This document shows positions 14,165 to 28,861 of a stretch of 64,000 nucleotides of DNA, piece after piece. Both the position numbers and the translations under genes were made by a program. Within the stretch, counting starts at the first letter, position 1. Every line of letters begins with the position of its first letter. The stretch is from assembly GCA_951406725.2 (NCBI GenBank), contig OX597832.1:10044001-10108000 (forward strand). The letters are read 5' to 3'. This stretch comes from Octopus vulgaris (Eukaryota). Below the pieces are notes generated by a model. The model did no database searches and was not told the DNA's origin. It worked only from the letters and a program-made list of their open reading frames with translations.

Positions 14165-14480
14165 GAAGGCGCGTGACTTAGTGGTTTCAGCATTCAGCTT
14201 ACAATCGAAAGATCGTGAGTTCCATTCCTGTCATTGCGTTGTGTTCTTGAAACAAGACACTCAATTTCAAGTCCCTAGAATACTTTCAGCTGTCAAAATG
14301 AGCTGTACCTGAAATTGAAATAAGAAACCTTCTCATATTCTGTGTTCCACTTAATCTTCCTGAGAACTATGTTAATTGTACGGTTATCTGTAGAGGGTCA
14401 CTTACACATTAGCTTCACAAGCATGTTGTTCCATTGATCCTTTCAACTGGAACATCCGTCGCCCTAACCGATGGATGACA
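14165..14480 (+). mobile_element. degenerate tRNA-derived SINE (second family)
   Basis: A-box-like GGCGCGTGACTTAGTGGTT and B-box-like GAGTTCCATTCC. The following GCGTTGTGTTCTTGA is shared in reverse with 44620-44636. Confidence 0.7.
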
Positions 14481-15419
14481 GCATTGGAATTTTATATTTA
14501 TTTCGGCGGCTCTCCAAGAACAATAAAGTAAGGAAGAAATATCAATAATTATAATATGGTTAACTGAAGGAATAACAAAAATGGTGGTAACAGTGTTAAC
14601 ATCAATAATTTCCGGGCACTGTATTTCATGTGTAACAAGACTTTAGCTTCTGCTGAAGCCGGAATTCAATAATATTCCATAGCAGCTGAACAAGAAGTCA
14701 ACGATATATGTGTCGACAGCTAGCGAAATTACTTAATCTATACTGCAATGATTCATATTAATCGAGCAGCCGCGCACTTTCAAATATACTCAAGTAATTG
14801 GAGATAACAAGTTTCCTCACTATGATGCCTAATTCCACATTCCAGTAAAGGATTTCCTATCAGATGCCATATACACAAAAATAAGTACACGAACGTATAT
14901 ACAATGCAATGTTGCAGATAAGATAATATGTGATAACGACTCTATAACGTGAAGAAATCCAAACACGACATATTACGATATGCCAACCTCGCAAGTAATA
15001 TTAACACTGTGTACATACCTAAGATAACCAAACGGAGAAAATTGTTATGAGACACGAAATAGTTGAAATGTTTAAAACGAATTTCCCTCCCTGAAAATTC
15101 AACCTAACTATTACCATTAACTTTTTTCCAAACTATTAAAATAAAGTGACTTTTCGCATTCAAACAGTATTACATAGACTCAATGACAGAGTATGCAGCC
15201 AGGTAACCGTGAAATGTATTGCCTATAGATCGAAACGCTGAAAATACGTGTCCTTTACTTTTTGAAGAAAATCACTATCCCCGACTACCGCAAAGTAACT
15301 ATTGTGTCTGCATAAGTGAATCTTTCTAAATGACGGTAATTGATTAACCATTATCGATGGTAGATGGGCGTCCAATACGCTCATGTTTTTCAAGGGCCAA
15401 TCTCCACTGCATTTAGACT

Positions 15420-16730
15420 ATTTGGGAGCTGACCCCTCACTGGTCCACATTGTTTATTTTCTCGCTCAACTCATCGAATAACTCATTGTAAAAAAACAAT
15501 ACAACTTATTTCCCAATCTGGGGTTAAGAAATTTGCGGCTCCTGTGTGTTTGTAGCTATATTATCAGTGTCGCGTGGCGTAAGGTGAGGGTTGGTGTCCT
15601 TCCGCATGTGGGGAAGTGTGGGATGGGGATAGGGTGGGATAATATAGGAGTTAACATTAATGCCCCGGTGTTCTACTCTTTCTTCTCTTTTTCCGGCTTA
15701 CAAACTTCCCTTCTGTTTTTTTCTACGTCCATTTGTGCGTCATTGCCATCCTGCTTGCCGGGCTCCTCTACACTCCCTCCTGAACCGTGGGTTCATTCAT
15801 TCGCAGCAAACTCGCCACAGCCTTCCATCTTTGTTCCATATACATCAGGTGACAGGCATTTTCTATCTGCCCCTATTTTCCTCTGAAGGTGGTAGATGAG
15901 ATAATGGACAAGTCCAAGGCTGCCGATGAATGTACCTGTCACGAATCCTTTCACGCGGGGCTACCATACCGCATCTTTTCCTATAGCGACCACAGTCAGA
16001 AAACAGACCTTACCTTCTTTGTTAAAAGAGGCAGAAGGGAAAATCTTTACAATCGACTCGGAAGACAGTTGTACTCTTCCCAGCCGTGACAACAGATGGT
16101 CAACGTAAACCCACATCTCAGAAAGTTTGAGAGCATTGGATAATTGTGTGCCCATTGGTTTCTCGGTTCTGCGCGCATCTTAGACACCTGGGTGCGCAAA
16201 GGGCACTATGCATTTCGAAATTATCACGAACAGGTAAGAGTCCTTGGTAACACTGCCAAGCCAGGGATCCCTGGAAGTTAATCGAGGGTCCTGGCCTGAA
16301 TGTCCTTGGGAACAGACTGGCTAGCTGATCCTCACTGAAGCCCAGAGTCTCTCCCAGAACGTCGTCGCACTGAGCCTCTAGTAACCCTCTATACAACGAC
16401 GAGGCGGAACACCCGCTGCTGGCGTTGCCCGTGTGACAGAGAAGATTGAGTGCCTTACGACACTCCGCTTGGCAAGCACTCAACTTTGGATACACACTCC
16501 CGTGACCTCCACCGTTTCAGTGATAGCCGCCACTTAGACCAAGTATACGTTAGGCTGGTCACCTTGATTTTCACCCCGCTCCAATTCTTCTCTATCTGGA
16601 GGTCTGAGCAATACCGAACCTCTAGAATTTTAACTGGCCCCTTCGACCAACGCCCCACGACGCTGTTGGGAGGTATCGTCTTGCCTCTCCAGGTGCCGAG
16701 ATGATTGTACAACGGTGAAAAAATCAATGT
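15420..16730 (-). mobile_element. 3' remnant of an L1/Tx1-like LINE
   Basis: Minus ORF 16118-16495 has LAWQCYQGLLPVRD..CLRC....ETNGHTIIQC (zf-RVT-type CCHC region). GC-richer than its flanks; disrupted. Confidence 0.7.
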
Positions 16731-17526
16731 TAATTTATTGATGCATTTGGGCTAGTCTATGTCTGTATTATCAGAAAATTGCCAAAGAATGTTTTTAAAA
16801 AATTCAAAGCTCTACAAAACTCCGGTACAAAGTTTTCATGGTTCAAAACTTTGCTTACATTTTACTCAACTTGGTAGTGTAAGTCAAACGTTTTCGTCTA
16901 AAATCACATAAAATGTTATGTATAAGAACTATATAGGGCAGTACGTTCTTATAATTTTATCAATGTTATATTATAAAGATTAATCGTTTAATACGCATTG
17001 GAAGCTTATTTATGGGTAAAGAAATAAATATCTGATTTAAAGTTGGATTTTCATAGATTTGGTGTGTAGAAATATACGCGCGTTAAGTTAAGAAATTAGC
17101 AGATTTAGCGGTTAGTCAAATAGTTTTATGACAGTTAAGATATATGTCAATCAACTTTGGTATGACTGACAAAAGAGAGTAACTAAGAATTTTTGTCTTT
17201 ATAACTTCAATTAATTTTTGAGCGGATGCACAAACGCATTGTCTATTTGGTTATTGTACACGGCGTTAAATAAGGTAATGCCTGTGTATTTTAAATGTTA
17301 GTATATCAAATTGTTTTTACTTATTGATATTTATTAACAAATTTCATAGAGTTATAAATGGAACATTCACAATTTAGTACAGAATTCTCATCTGACACAT
17401 CTTGTATTCCATTGTTTCAAATATATTCTAATCAGCCGAGTATTTATTTTATTCTTGATAACGAGTGAGCAAATTCAGTAGACGAGCACAAACTCCACCT
17501 ACAAAATATGTTCGTGTATTTTGTGT

Positions 17527-17640
17527 ATAAATCGTTATTCCTTAAACATATGACCCTTTAAGAATAAACTGATATTCCTTAAACATATGGAACTTTCAGA
17601 ATAAATTGTTATTCTTTAAACATATGAAAATCTTTCAGAA
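17527..17640 (+). repeat. about 36-bp minisatellite, 3 copies
   Basis: ATAAAT(C/T)GTTATTC(C/T)TTAAACATATG-like unit repeated three times. Confidence 0.85.
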
Positions 17641-17974
17641 AATCTTTCATTCGGAGTATATTTAATGTACCGATTAAAGCTTGTCTAAATTCAGAATAGA
17701 TTTTTAGGCTCATAGATCAAGAACATTTTGCCAAGCTACTTCTACAAATCACAAAATCTTAATACTACATAATGCAACAACATAAGAAGTCGATTTCATC
17801 CCTTTCAATAAGGTTTTCCACCCCTGTGCATGACAAACATGTGCTTAACATTCGGCTGCGAATCCTTTTTACTTCCATTTCGTTTCTAAATGAATCATAT
17901 CTCGATTCCTCAAATAAGTCACAGAAACATTCTAATGCTCTACTTAATACAGAAGCTACGTTATGCTTAGATAT

Positions 17975-18206
17975 ATTTCTTTACTACCCACAAGGAGCTA
18001 AACACAGAAAGGACAAACAAGGACAGACAAATGGATTAAGTCGATTATATCGAACCCTGTGCGTAACTGGTACTTATTTAATCGACCCCGAAAGGATGAA
18101 AGGCAAAGTCGACCTCGGCGGAATTTCAACTCAGAACGTAGCGGCAGACGAAATACCGCTAAGCATTTCGCCCGGCCTGCTAACGTTTCTGCCAGCTCGC
18201 CGCCTT
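17975..18206 (-). mobile_element. near full-length tRNA-derived SINE
   Basis: Minus strand starts GGCGGCGAGCTGGCAGAAACGTTAGC (A box), then a GTTGAAATTCC B box and core GTCGACTTTGCCTTTCATCCTTTCGGGGTCGATTAAATAAGTACC (resembles the Meta-type SINE core, from memory). Confidence 0.9.
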
Positions 18207-20218
18207 TAGCTACGCTATGTTTATATCGCAACCTACAGGTTTTAGATTGTGATACACGTTTTATCTTTTCTTAAAATATACAAGATAATGAACCATCGCA
18301 AATACAGAGATTGGAATAATAATTTTACTGCCTCAATTGCCACCAGTGGTTCAAGATGGAAACTACTACAAGCTATAACCTAAATGTATGTGATATTTCT
18401 CTAAATATATAGATAGACGTTAGAACTTAATTGTCTTGATCATCATACAAGCATCATTCACGATAAAACAATTGTAGGCGCTGTCGTTCTTCAAACCAAT
18501 CCATTAAATTAATATTCCCTTATTATTTCTATAATGAAGAAGTAAAACGCATCATAAACTATGAACTCCATATGACGGACAAAAATAAACCCCCCACCAA
18601 CTATTTCTCACGCTGACTTCTTTTGTATACCAATATTAAGGATTCCGTGTGATATTTTATTATTGAGTTCGTTTGAGACATGACTTTCACGAAGCGACAT
18701 ATACTTTCAACAACTCCTATTCTTTACCAAGCTTATACATTTCATGGTGAGCCATGATTTTGAAGCACTTGTCCTAAAAATAGATAACAATTCGAGCTTC
18801 TCAGGAACTATTTATATGAAAAGATGTGCAAATAATAGGAAACTATACATATACTTGAACAAGTATTTATTTCAGTTGTTTAGTAAAGATAAAGTTAGAA
18901 TACATAATGTAGAGAGTTACCAGATTTAAAACCTAACAGTGATGAGAACATAAATATTATCTTTTCTATTAATACAATACAAGAAAATTAAGTGAGTAAC
19001 CATGAAAATAAAAGAATAGAAAAATAATTTTGTGTCGAGACATTGCTGATTATCACCTAACGCGTTCATTGAATTCTAATAGACACAATCGTGGTAATTC
19101 TGGGGTTATACATTTCTTACTAAAGTGAATTTGCTTGCTATTTAAAGCATTCCTAGAAGCCATTTGAGAACTGTTTGTTTGAATCATGCGGAAATATATC
19201 CAGACGACAGGTCTAAGGTGCATGGCTTACAGAAACATTATTATCATTTCTATATTTGCTTATGTAAAATTGCAATGATAAGAGGCATATTATGGGAAAT
19301 AACATTGATAACGAAAATTGAGATATCATTTAATAACTCTCATCACATTTATTTTATTATTGAACTTTGTAGATGATAAATATTCCACAAACATTTTCTC
19401 TTGCAATGAAAGAGTTATCTATGATGCTATCCTTTTGCAAACAGACAACTGACCTTTCTTACCAGTTGCCTTCAAGCTGTCATATTTCGGAAGCTATTAG
19501 ATTGTAATTTCGTAGGAACTAAGCTTGTCATTATCACTATCTGCTATCAAAATGCAGATTCTGTTCGTCGAAATAACTTCCAAGTATGTCTTGGGAATTA
19601 TTCGTACATCTAGATTTCAATAAATATTGTTATGAACTTCTGATGTATATAGTGCTGGTATATGTCTCTGTGTTTGTCTGCTTTCGTATATGTGGAGTAA
19701 AGTACACCAAAAATAAAAAGGCATACATTGAGTCCTTTCTACGCGGCGCTTGACTTGGTGAAATTGCTCACGAAAAGTTTATTAGGATATTATCAAAATT
19801 AAACTCTATACAGCATTGGTAATCATATATCATTACGATTCAGTGATAATTTCAAATCGAATATAGCAGAAAGAATATAATAAACCAAATACTACGACCT
19901 TAATAATCATAATGACGCAAGTCATAAATGGAGTAGCTGTATTCAACGTAGCGAAAGCTACGAATAGAGGAAATGAAGGTAGTATAGTTGAAACACCAAG
20001 AAAATTTCCCACAATTACGAATTTCATCAGCACAAAAGTATGACTCGCTGTTCCATCGGGGATACTACCAATGAAAAAGTTACACTCCTATGCATACATC
20101 GTGTAAATATATATCTCTCTACACCTAATATTTGTTCCCCATTTTCATCTATATATTAATGTATGTATGTATCCAAGATCGTACATATGTATGTATGCAT
20201 GTGTTTGTGAATGATTAA

Positions 20219-20316
<98 letters not shown>

Positions 20317-20449
20317 TTTATTTTTCTTGTACCAGTAAGTGTATAGTGGTCATAATGGGCAAAGTAAAGCGGTGGACAAACACGAAGACACATAAAAACA
20401 AAATCCGTACATATATGCACACAGAGGCATATACACGCACATATGCATA

Positions 20450-20515
<66 letters not shown>

Positions 20516-20539
20516 TATATTCATATATGTACATTTAAA

Positions 20540-21100
20540 TAAGTCGCAGGGGATGGGGATAAACTACCTGCATCAACTTACTGTAAAGGAACGTAGTTGT
20601 TTTAACTTGTCCTTATTCTTAGTGTAAGTTTCGATGAGTGTAGTTCAATATTAACAGTTTTTCTTTTAAGCCTATAATGATAGTGACAAAGGAACACATT
20701 CATCATATCTTGCTTTATGGGTGCAATAAGCCCAATAACACAAAGGAAACCGCCGGTAATACCATTTTCTATAAGTACTGACGAGTATTTTTGTTTCAGC
20801 AGAAATTCTTTCAGTTCCGTCAGGCGCTCATTCCTGAAGTATTAAATGTATATTCTTATTTAACAAATGGACAGGTACATATCTTTCTGGCTAAGCCGTA
20901 TGGGTTGTTACGTTTTGTATGCGGTGGATGCCACGATTTAAAATTCAGCTATTGGTGTGTATCTGTGTATTTATAATATATATCTGTGGTAATGGTGGTT
21001 TTTCTTTTTAATTACCATTATATGTAGGAATGGTAATTTGGTACTGCTCATCTCGTTTGTGAATTGGATGGATGGGTATAGTTCATTCAGGTGGATATTG
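20540..21100 (-). mobile_element. decayed Penelope-like element fragment (RT C-terminus)
   Basis: Minus translation LNELYPSIQFTNE..LPFLHI..TDIYYK.TDTHQ*LNFKSWHPPHTKRNNPYGLARKIC matches the PLE RT thumb region. Ends near (TA)n. Confidence 0.8.
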
Positions 21101-21279
21101 AATCATTCCACAGTGTTTTGAGATGTTGTCCAGATCATGAAGCAGTCGTTGAGGTATCTCTTCGCCTGCCTTTTCAATATACTTCTTCAATTCATTGCTG
21201 TATCTCTCCTCTATTTTCTGGTAGAGTTTTTATTCTAAGTATCCTGGTCAACATCTCGACCTCCAAGGAATATATTTTA

Positions 21280-22100
21280 CTATCTACACGGATCATGAAC
21301 CTCTTACCTTTGCCTTACGGACTAAGTCAGAAAAAACCTCGAGGGTAATTAGTAGCGACATTCATCATATCTCCGTAACTCAGAATATTGCTGGGGATGC
21401 TTTCTCTCGTTCGCCAATCAACTCTTTGGCACCCCACTGCAATTAATTTCACAGATTTAGCTTTTTGGGGATATCTTGAACACGTCACATGCTGAATTTT
21501 CGACTTGTAATTTCAAGTACTTGCCCATACCAACTGCGGACAAGAGCATATTGTGTGACATATCGACAGACTCACCTCGCCATTTCGTTCTGGAGACAAA
21601 TCACAGGGTTATTTTTAATAGTTGGCACCGTCTTGTTCATCCTGGTGTCGCGGCCTCAGTACTACTCATTACAGCTAGATTCTTCTGGTCAAACATGACG
21701 CATGAAATTATTGAGTGGTCTTTTTCTTGTCTTCAAATACAGAAATCTAAGTTGCAGAATTACATCCGGGCACCTCTCAGCACTTCTTAACTCTCCTTAC
21801 ATACGATTTTCTCACGTAGATATCGATATTCCAGGGCCGTAGCAAGTCAGTCAGGGAATTTCATACCTGTTTCACCTGCATTCATCGCTTCAGCAGATGG
21901 TCGGAAGCGATTCTGTTAAAGAACATCACCACTGCATCCGTAGCAAAAGCCCTCGTATCAGGATGGATATCGCACTACGGTGCCCCTACCACAATCATTA
22001 CAGGTCACAGCAGACACTTCGAATCCCTCCTCATTTTGTGGTAACAAAAATAATCCGTGCTCAACGGATTCGGTCTACTAGCTACCACCCGGCGTCTTTG
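21280..22100 (+). mobile_element. decayed Gypsy/Ty3 pol fragment (RNase H end + integrase)
   Basis: Fragments DAFSR, H.L.HPG, RFFWSNM, DIPGP, YL..CIHRFSRW.EAI, WI..YGAP, STSYHP across several frames. Confidence 0.75.
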
Positions 22101-22714
22101 TATCCATATATATGTGTATGTGTATGAATACATACACAAGTGTGTAAGCGCATGAGTAATTGTGTTAGTGTGTGTTTGTATGTATGTTTCTAGGTGCGTG
22201 TGTTTGTGTGTGTGTGTGAGTGTTCGTGTAACTCTCCTGCAATTATAAACATTCATTTAATATGTTTCATCTAACAACTTTTGACATGATCAAAACAATT
22301 CTTTCCTTTTTTCTCTTTGAGGGATGGTACTAGCATAGTTCACCCAGGCCAGTTTGTGTGCTCCTCGCCAGGTTGTAGTCCCTGTTACATCTGTAAGGAT
22401 TTCAGCATGGACAAAACGCTAGAATATTCCGAGGAAATATTGATTAACCGTCAAGTAGTTATCAGGACAATATCTCTTCGTAATTAAATCTTTTCACTTA
22501 CCGGTTTCTACTCAAGTATGTTCTATTGTTGCATATTATAAAACTAAACTTAGAACAGGTTTATGTCAATATAGCATACAGAGGTGTCTATTGAAAGTGA
22601 AATTGTGGCCGTTTTTGTTTGTTAGTATGTATATAGCTATGTAATTATGCATCATTATATCTTTATAAAAAATGTTTATATACATATATTGATACATCAT
22701 TCATACATACATAA

Positions 22715-22795
<81 letters not shown>

Positions 22796-23618
22796 TATAT
22801 ACTATTTCTCACTCTCTAAGTAAGCCGTGTTGTGTATATATGTATACCTATTTCCACCTACAACTCTCTCTCTCTTCACACACACACACACACATATATA
22901 TATTTAATTTCACACATATAGATATGTATACGCACACACACATATATATTCCTTTATACATGGGTATAATATATTATTTGTTACATTATTGTGTATGCGC
23001 ACGTCTGTTATTTTATGAAGTTATGCATGTGTATAACACAAAAATCTATAGAATGCATGGCAGTTTATGAAAAACATAGCAAGTATTTGCGATCATGCTA
23101 CGATTCACTATTGAGATTATGATTAAAAGTCATTCATTTTTTATTGATAATTAAGCAAGCATCAATATCCGAGCAACATTCATAAGGAAAAACATAACAA
23201 AGTATGCATATGTTATGTAATGTTTTCATGTAATGATATATACATTGCGCATACATAATTATTTAATACATTAATGTTATTAACACATTATTTCTGCTTT
23301 CGTCTCATAAAATTTCATAGTCCGCATATATTAAAACGTGATCATCTATAGATACAGAAAAAATTTACGTATTATAGTGATTATTTACATCCAGCATTTT
23401 TCACTGATATATCTGTAAAATCAAACTGGATAATGTAATTATTATTTCAAACACTAAATTAATGACATGTAATTAATTAATGAATTTCATATAGTATATT
23501 TTACTTTTGAATTATCTAATTCCATTAAAAGAGCGCATTAGGCGAATTAATGTACTAGAAATCAAAACAGCGATATGTAACATGCACGTCTACATGTGTT
23601 GGCACATCATATATATAT

Positions 23619-23690
<72 letters not shown>

Positions 23691-23976
23691 CTATGTATAT
23701 ATGTATGTATATAACTATGTGTACACATATGCGTAAACACATACACAGACACACATATATATTTCCCCTCGATGCTTTCCTAACAAGAAAGTCTGAAGGA
23801 TGCACTATGTAATAAGCATACCATTGATGCAAGACTGATCATGCGCCTCTCCAATATTTAACAACGCAAATATTGCGTGATTTTGTTTGAATTTCTGCGA
23901 AAACTCTCATTGCAAATTGAAATAGTACGGAAAAATTTGTAATATAGTATTAAATATGTGATAAAGAATATATATG

Positions 23977-25231
23977 TTAGGTCGACAAGTAAAAGATTTG
24001 TAGAAAAGAAAAAAAATATTTGCTAATGTTTTATAAATAAAAGGTATAGTTTTATTCATGAAAGTACGCACCCACATTATCAGTATAATGTTGCTATTTC
24101 AGCGGTAACTTGTCCAGTCCGTAATTGTAAATGCCTGGAATTCTAGAGTCAAAAAAACCTTGAAAGGCCTGTCTCACAGCATCGTCGGAAATTCTTTTTC
24201 CTATAAAAAATTACCTAAATTCTGGAAGAAGTTGTAGTAAGTGGGAGGAAAATCAGATGAGTTTGGTGGATGATGGCGAACTTCCAACTACAGATCCTGT
24301 TGTTTTACCGATGTCATTTTTGCGATATTTGATCTGGCGTTGTCTTGGGTTTTTATTATCAATCTAGATTATTTTTTTTGTAAGTTCCTGCCTCATTTGG
24401 TCCAGTTGGCTGCAGTTTACTTCGGCCGTGATAGATGAGTCAGGTTTAATGAAATCATGATGGATCATAACTGCGCCAGACCACCAAACACACACACCTT
24501 CAGACTCTTTTGATGGATTTTGCTTTTTGGACTGTTTCGGTGGCTCGTCTTCCACCAACAATTGTGCTGAAAGATTACGGTTGTTTTACTGGATCCATTT
24601 CTCGTCATAGGTTTCATTCTTTGACGAGAAAATAATGGATCCATTTCTCGTCACACCATTCATTTTTTTCACGAGAATGTACGATAACTTTACAGTTTCT
24701 GATTTTCATTGAGTTCATGTGGAACACAATTTTCCAACTTTTTCACTTTACCAATTTGAACTAGGTGAGGCAATATTGTTTGCTTTCTAACACCAAGAGA
24801 CAACGATAATTCTCGGGCACTTTGATATGTGCCTGACTCGGCAGTGACTTTCATTTCGGAATTATCCACCTTTGTCTCTGGTTGACCGCGTTGCTCATTT
24901 CTGAGGTCAAAGTTACCAGAACGATAATTTGCAAAGCAATTTGATAATTTGTGCTGAAACACGCCATTAATATTCCGAGGTGTCTGTGATGGTATATTTC
25001 CTAGAAAGAACACATATTACAAAACTGTGCGCATTTCCGACTTATCAATCTCTAATCAAAAATAGCAAAAAGAAGAAAAAAAACATTTCTAAATACTTTA
25101 TAGAGCGGAAAATGAGTTAGAATAAAGAAAAAGGAACAAAAAAGACATTGCCAAAAAATTTAATAACTGCGAAAAATGAGCAGCTGTCAAAGTTTAATAT
25201 ATACCTTCAAATCTCATACGTGACGGTCTAA
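23977..25231 (-). mobile_element. decayed mariner transposon with degenerate TIRs
   Basis: Minus ORFs give DLRNEQRGQPET, LGVRKQTILPHLVQIGKVKKL..VPHEL, VWW...IH, QDNAR, SDFPPT. Ends TTAGGTCGACAAGTAAAAGATTTG and CAAATCTCATACGTGACGGTCTAA(TA) are imperfect inverted repeats. Length ~1.25 kb. Confidence 0.85.
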
Positions 25232-25251
25232 TATACATATCTAAATATATA

Positions 25252-25294
<43 letters not shown>

Positions 25295-25306
25295 TTACAG
25301 TTACAT

Positions 25307-25585
25307 TACGCTTATATATCTATATCCACAACACCATATAGATATATGCATGGTACGTATAAGTGTGTGTGTCGTATGTGTGTCTATGTATACAAAATAT
25401 ATATGATATGTACGTATGGCATGCATTTATGTAAATACTTATAAATATAGATAATCTACAAGTATTTACGCAGGCAGCAAATAGGTAATATATATATATA
25501 TATATATATATATATTGACTAATAACATATATATAAATATACATAATATGAGGTCTCTTTCTTTCTTTTGTTATCTTACCGTTTT

Positions 25586-25668
<83 letters not shown>

Positions 25669-25817
25669 GCATAAATACTTGTAGATTATCTATATTTATA
25701 AATATTTACATATATGCATGCCTACGTACATACATATATATGTATACATAGACACACATACACACACACACTTATACGTACCATGCATATATCTATATAT
25801 ATAGATATATAAGCGTA
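25307..25817. repeat. inverted duplication of ~160 bp around two (TA)n tracts
   Basis: 25307-25472 is the reverse complement of 25668-25817 (e.g. ATAAATATAGATAATCTACAAGTATTTA / TAAATACTTGTAGATTATCTATATTTAT). Confidence 0.85.
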
Positions 25818-26371
25818 GTAACTGCCAATGCAAATATGCCAAATATTAAAGTACATGCATATAGCTAATCATTAGTTATATTTTATACTTATGCTTCACA
25901 TGTTCTCGAGAAGAAAATGTAACTTTCGTCACCGGGAGTAGGAAGAAATATAAATGTAAATGGATGTATAAGCCCAGTGTCTCCTACTGTGAATTTATAT
26001 ATGCAGACTTGAATCAATCTATATAATGTATGCTAATTAATGTGCAACAATATCCAGAATAAAATGATCTTTATTTCGAATCTTCTAGAGAAATTTAAAC
26101 TGGAATTTATAATTAAAATCTGAGTGTTAAATTTGAACGAAACTAATTTCATAATATGTAGTTTATTGTATAAGAAAGTCCTCACTTAATCATTTATAAG
26201 GAATTCATATAACTGAACTGGTCTACTAGGCGAAAGGAAAATATTCATCAAATCATATCAAGGAATATCAAAAAGCGACATATATTTTTTTCGCTTGCGT
26301 GAACGGTAAGCGCAATATTGTGGAGATTAAATCACTCTTTAAAGTACTTTCTTTCAGTGGTAAGCAAATAA

Positions 26372-26435
<64 letters not shown>

Positions 26436-26777
26436 CTGCATATATGTATATATTTACATCTGATGCATATTTTTCGTCGACTTATTATCCAGATACCAAG
26501 AAGTGGTTTTTGATCTCTATCTTTAATAAGAAAAGAACGCACAATTGTTTTCTTTGTTTGTTTAAATCAAGATATTCTACGTATGAATTTTCTACGAAAT
26601 GCCTATATAGGAAGTAGATACAAAAATCTATCAGACATTGCTTTTCATATGTATACATACGCACACATATACGTATGTGTGTGCGTGTATACATACACAT
26701 ATAGATGCATATATATATATATATTTTAATATTTAAATACGTATGTATATAAATGTGTGTATCTATCTATCTATCTG

Positions 26778-26824
<47 letters not shown>

Positions 26825-27319
26825 ATACATACGCATGTGAATGCATGTGTGTATATACATACGAATGTATATGCTCTTACATATGCGGGTGTAAGCGGTT
26901 ATCTTTGTTGTTCACATCAAAATGCGTAAAAGCGCGTGTAAATTCTGAATTTTCAAAATTTTCTTATCTTTTTATAGAAATATATTTTATTTCTTAAAGA
27001 ATAATATCAACTTTGCGCCTTTACTTGTGATATAAGAACCAACATTTTTTTTTCACTTAGCAGATATTCAATCTTTGAATTTAAAACATATCAGAAAATT
27101 TCCGTTGAAACTTTGAAGCAAAAATTTTGTAAATCTGAAAGTATATGATGTTATATTAAAAGCATTAAAACACTTGTAATTCTGGTTACTTAATATCTGA
27201 AATTGTGACCACATTTAATCTACATATTATGCACAGCTTTCCTAGAATGTATATATTTATAGGTGCATTGCTAATGTTACATAAACATACTGACTATAAC
27301 GCAAAGTCGTCCAAACATA

Positions 27320-27629
27320 TCTTTATATATAAAAGTGAAGTTGTGTGTCTGCCTCCTACGATTTAGATTCCTAACTACTCCCACATTTTAAGGTGCAGTG
27401 TAACCAAAAGCGGTTATCTTATAGTCGGGATTCATATCGAGCCCTTCTGGGTATTAGCGCGCGTCTACGATGAGTCTACGATGAGTCTACGATTTAAAAA
27501 AAAATTACCATCATTTTTTCTCATTTTTAATGCAATTTTTTTGCTATTATATAAGGGAAGTAACTCTCTAAAAATGCTTATATAGTTATTTCCCTTACAA
27601 ACCCGAGCAACGCCGGGCGGTACTGCATG
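27320..27629 (+). mobile_element. non-autonomous Helitron
   Basis: A|TC start (TCTTTATATATAAAAG), GC-rich subterminal hairpin CCCGAGCAACGCCGGG, end CATG|T (variant of CTAG), no TSD, internal GTCTACGATGA tandem. Confidence 0.75.
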
Positions 27630-28102
27630 TAAAATATAAGAATAGGCGGACTATTGTTAAAGCAGTGTCTTTATGGAATAACCACAAAATTCACACTGCA
27701 AATGCCATCTTAGTGATGCAGTAATATATGCCGTATTGTTTAACTTATGATTCTTGCAACAAACTCAGAAACTTGGACTGGAAAGAAATTATACGTGATT
27801 TAAAGAATATGACTTCTTGATTTCACGCAGAAGAATGATATCTATTGAAAAAAGGTCGATCGCTTTGAATATCAGGGCATTCGATATGAAAGATAGACAC
27901 ACGAGTTGAAAAAAAACATTGCTCTCTGCCTCTTCGAATGTTTCTAAATTCCAGTCGAAGAAATATTTGTGATTTTGTGCGTTCCTGATTCTTAAATTTA
28001 TAAAATATGTGCAACATGCCTTTTGCAATTAATAATGATATTTTGAAAAGATGAATACGAATGGATTATGAATTACAAACTTGTTCAAACATTGACTTGA
28101 GA

Positions 28103-28133
<31 letters not shown>

Positions 28134-28206
28134 GACACACACATATATATATATGGATATATATATATATATATATATACATATATATGTATATACATAT
28201 ATATAC

Positions 28207-28278
<72 letters not shown>

Positions 28279-28384
28279 ATATATATATTCAGTTGAATAT
28301 GGTACATAAGTTAAAAGCACCAGAATTTAGTATGCTATTATCCATATAATTCAAAATGTGGTGATTACAATCAAGATGAGCAAC

Positions 28385-28798
28385 AAGGATATCCAGAGGT
28401 AATGCAGCACGATCGTTTCATGCGACTCCATTTAATTGAACAATGCATATATTACATCAGTTTTAAAATGTAGAGCAATCTTCACCTGCATAAAAATATA
28501 AAATTTAGTTAAATTCAAAGGATTTAATTCAATTAACCAAAATCACAAAAAATATCAGTAGATAGAAAAAGAGCTTGCTTCGCTGTTGATGAAATATATT
28601 GTTTGTCGCTCTACTTATTCTCATTGTGATTATGATTAATTGAATAACAATACAAATGAATCCTTTGAATTTAAATAAATTCTATATTTCTATGCAGCTG
28701 AAGATTGCTCTACATTTTCAAACTGATGTAATATGTGCTTTGTTCAGTTAAATGGTGTAGCATGAAACGATCGTACTGAATTACCTCTGGATATCCTT
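28385..28798. mobile_element. ORF-less fold-back element with a hammerhead in each arm, abutting (TA)n
   Basis: Arms 28385-28525 and 28658-28798 are reverse complements. The right arm ends just before the (TA)n at 28802. Confidence 0.82.
28694..28779 (+). ncRNA. minimal type-I hammerhead ribozyme motif
   Basis: GCAG CUGAAGA UUGCU..AGCA U GAAAC GAUC GUA CUGA. Palindromic stem III ACGAUCGU. The opposite arm preserves CUGC for stem I but has core mutations. Confidence 0.8.

Positions 28799-28861
<63 letters not shown>

Noticed and set aside
17527-17640. 36-bp periodic repeat reminiscent of CRISPR
   Set aside because: Contiguous tandem units with no unique spacers, no cas genes, and a eukaryotic context.
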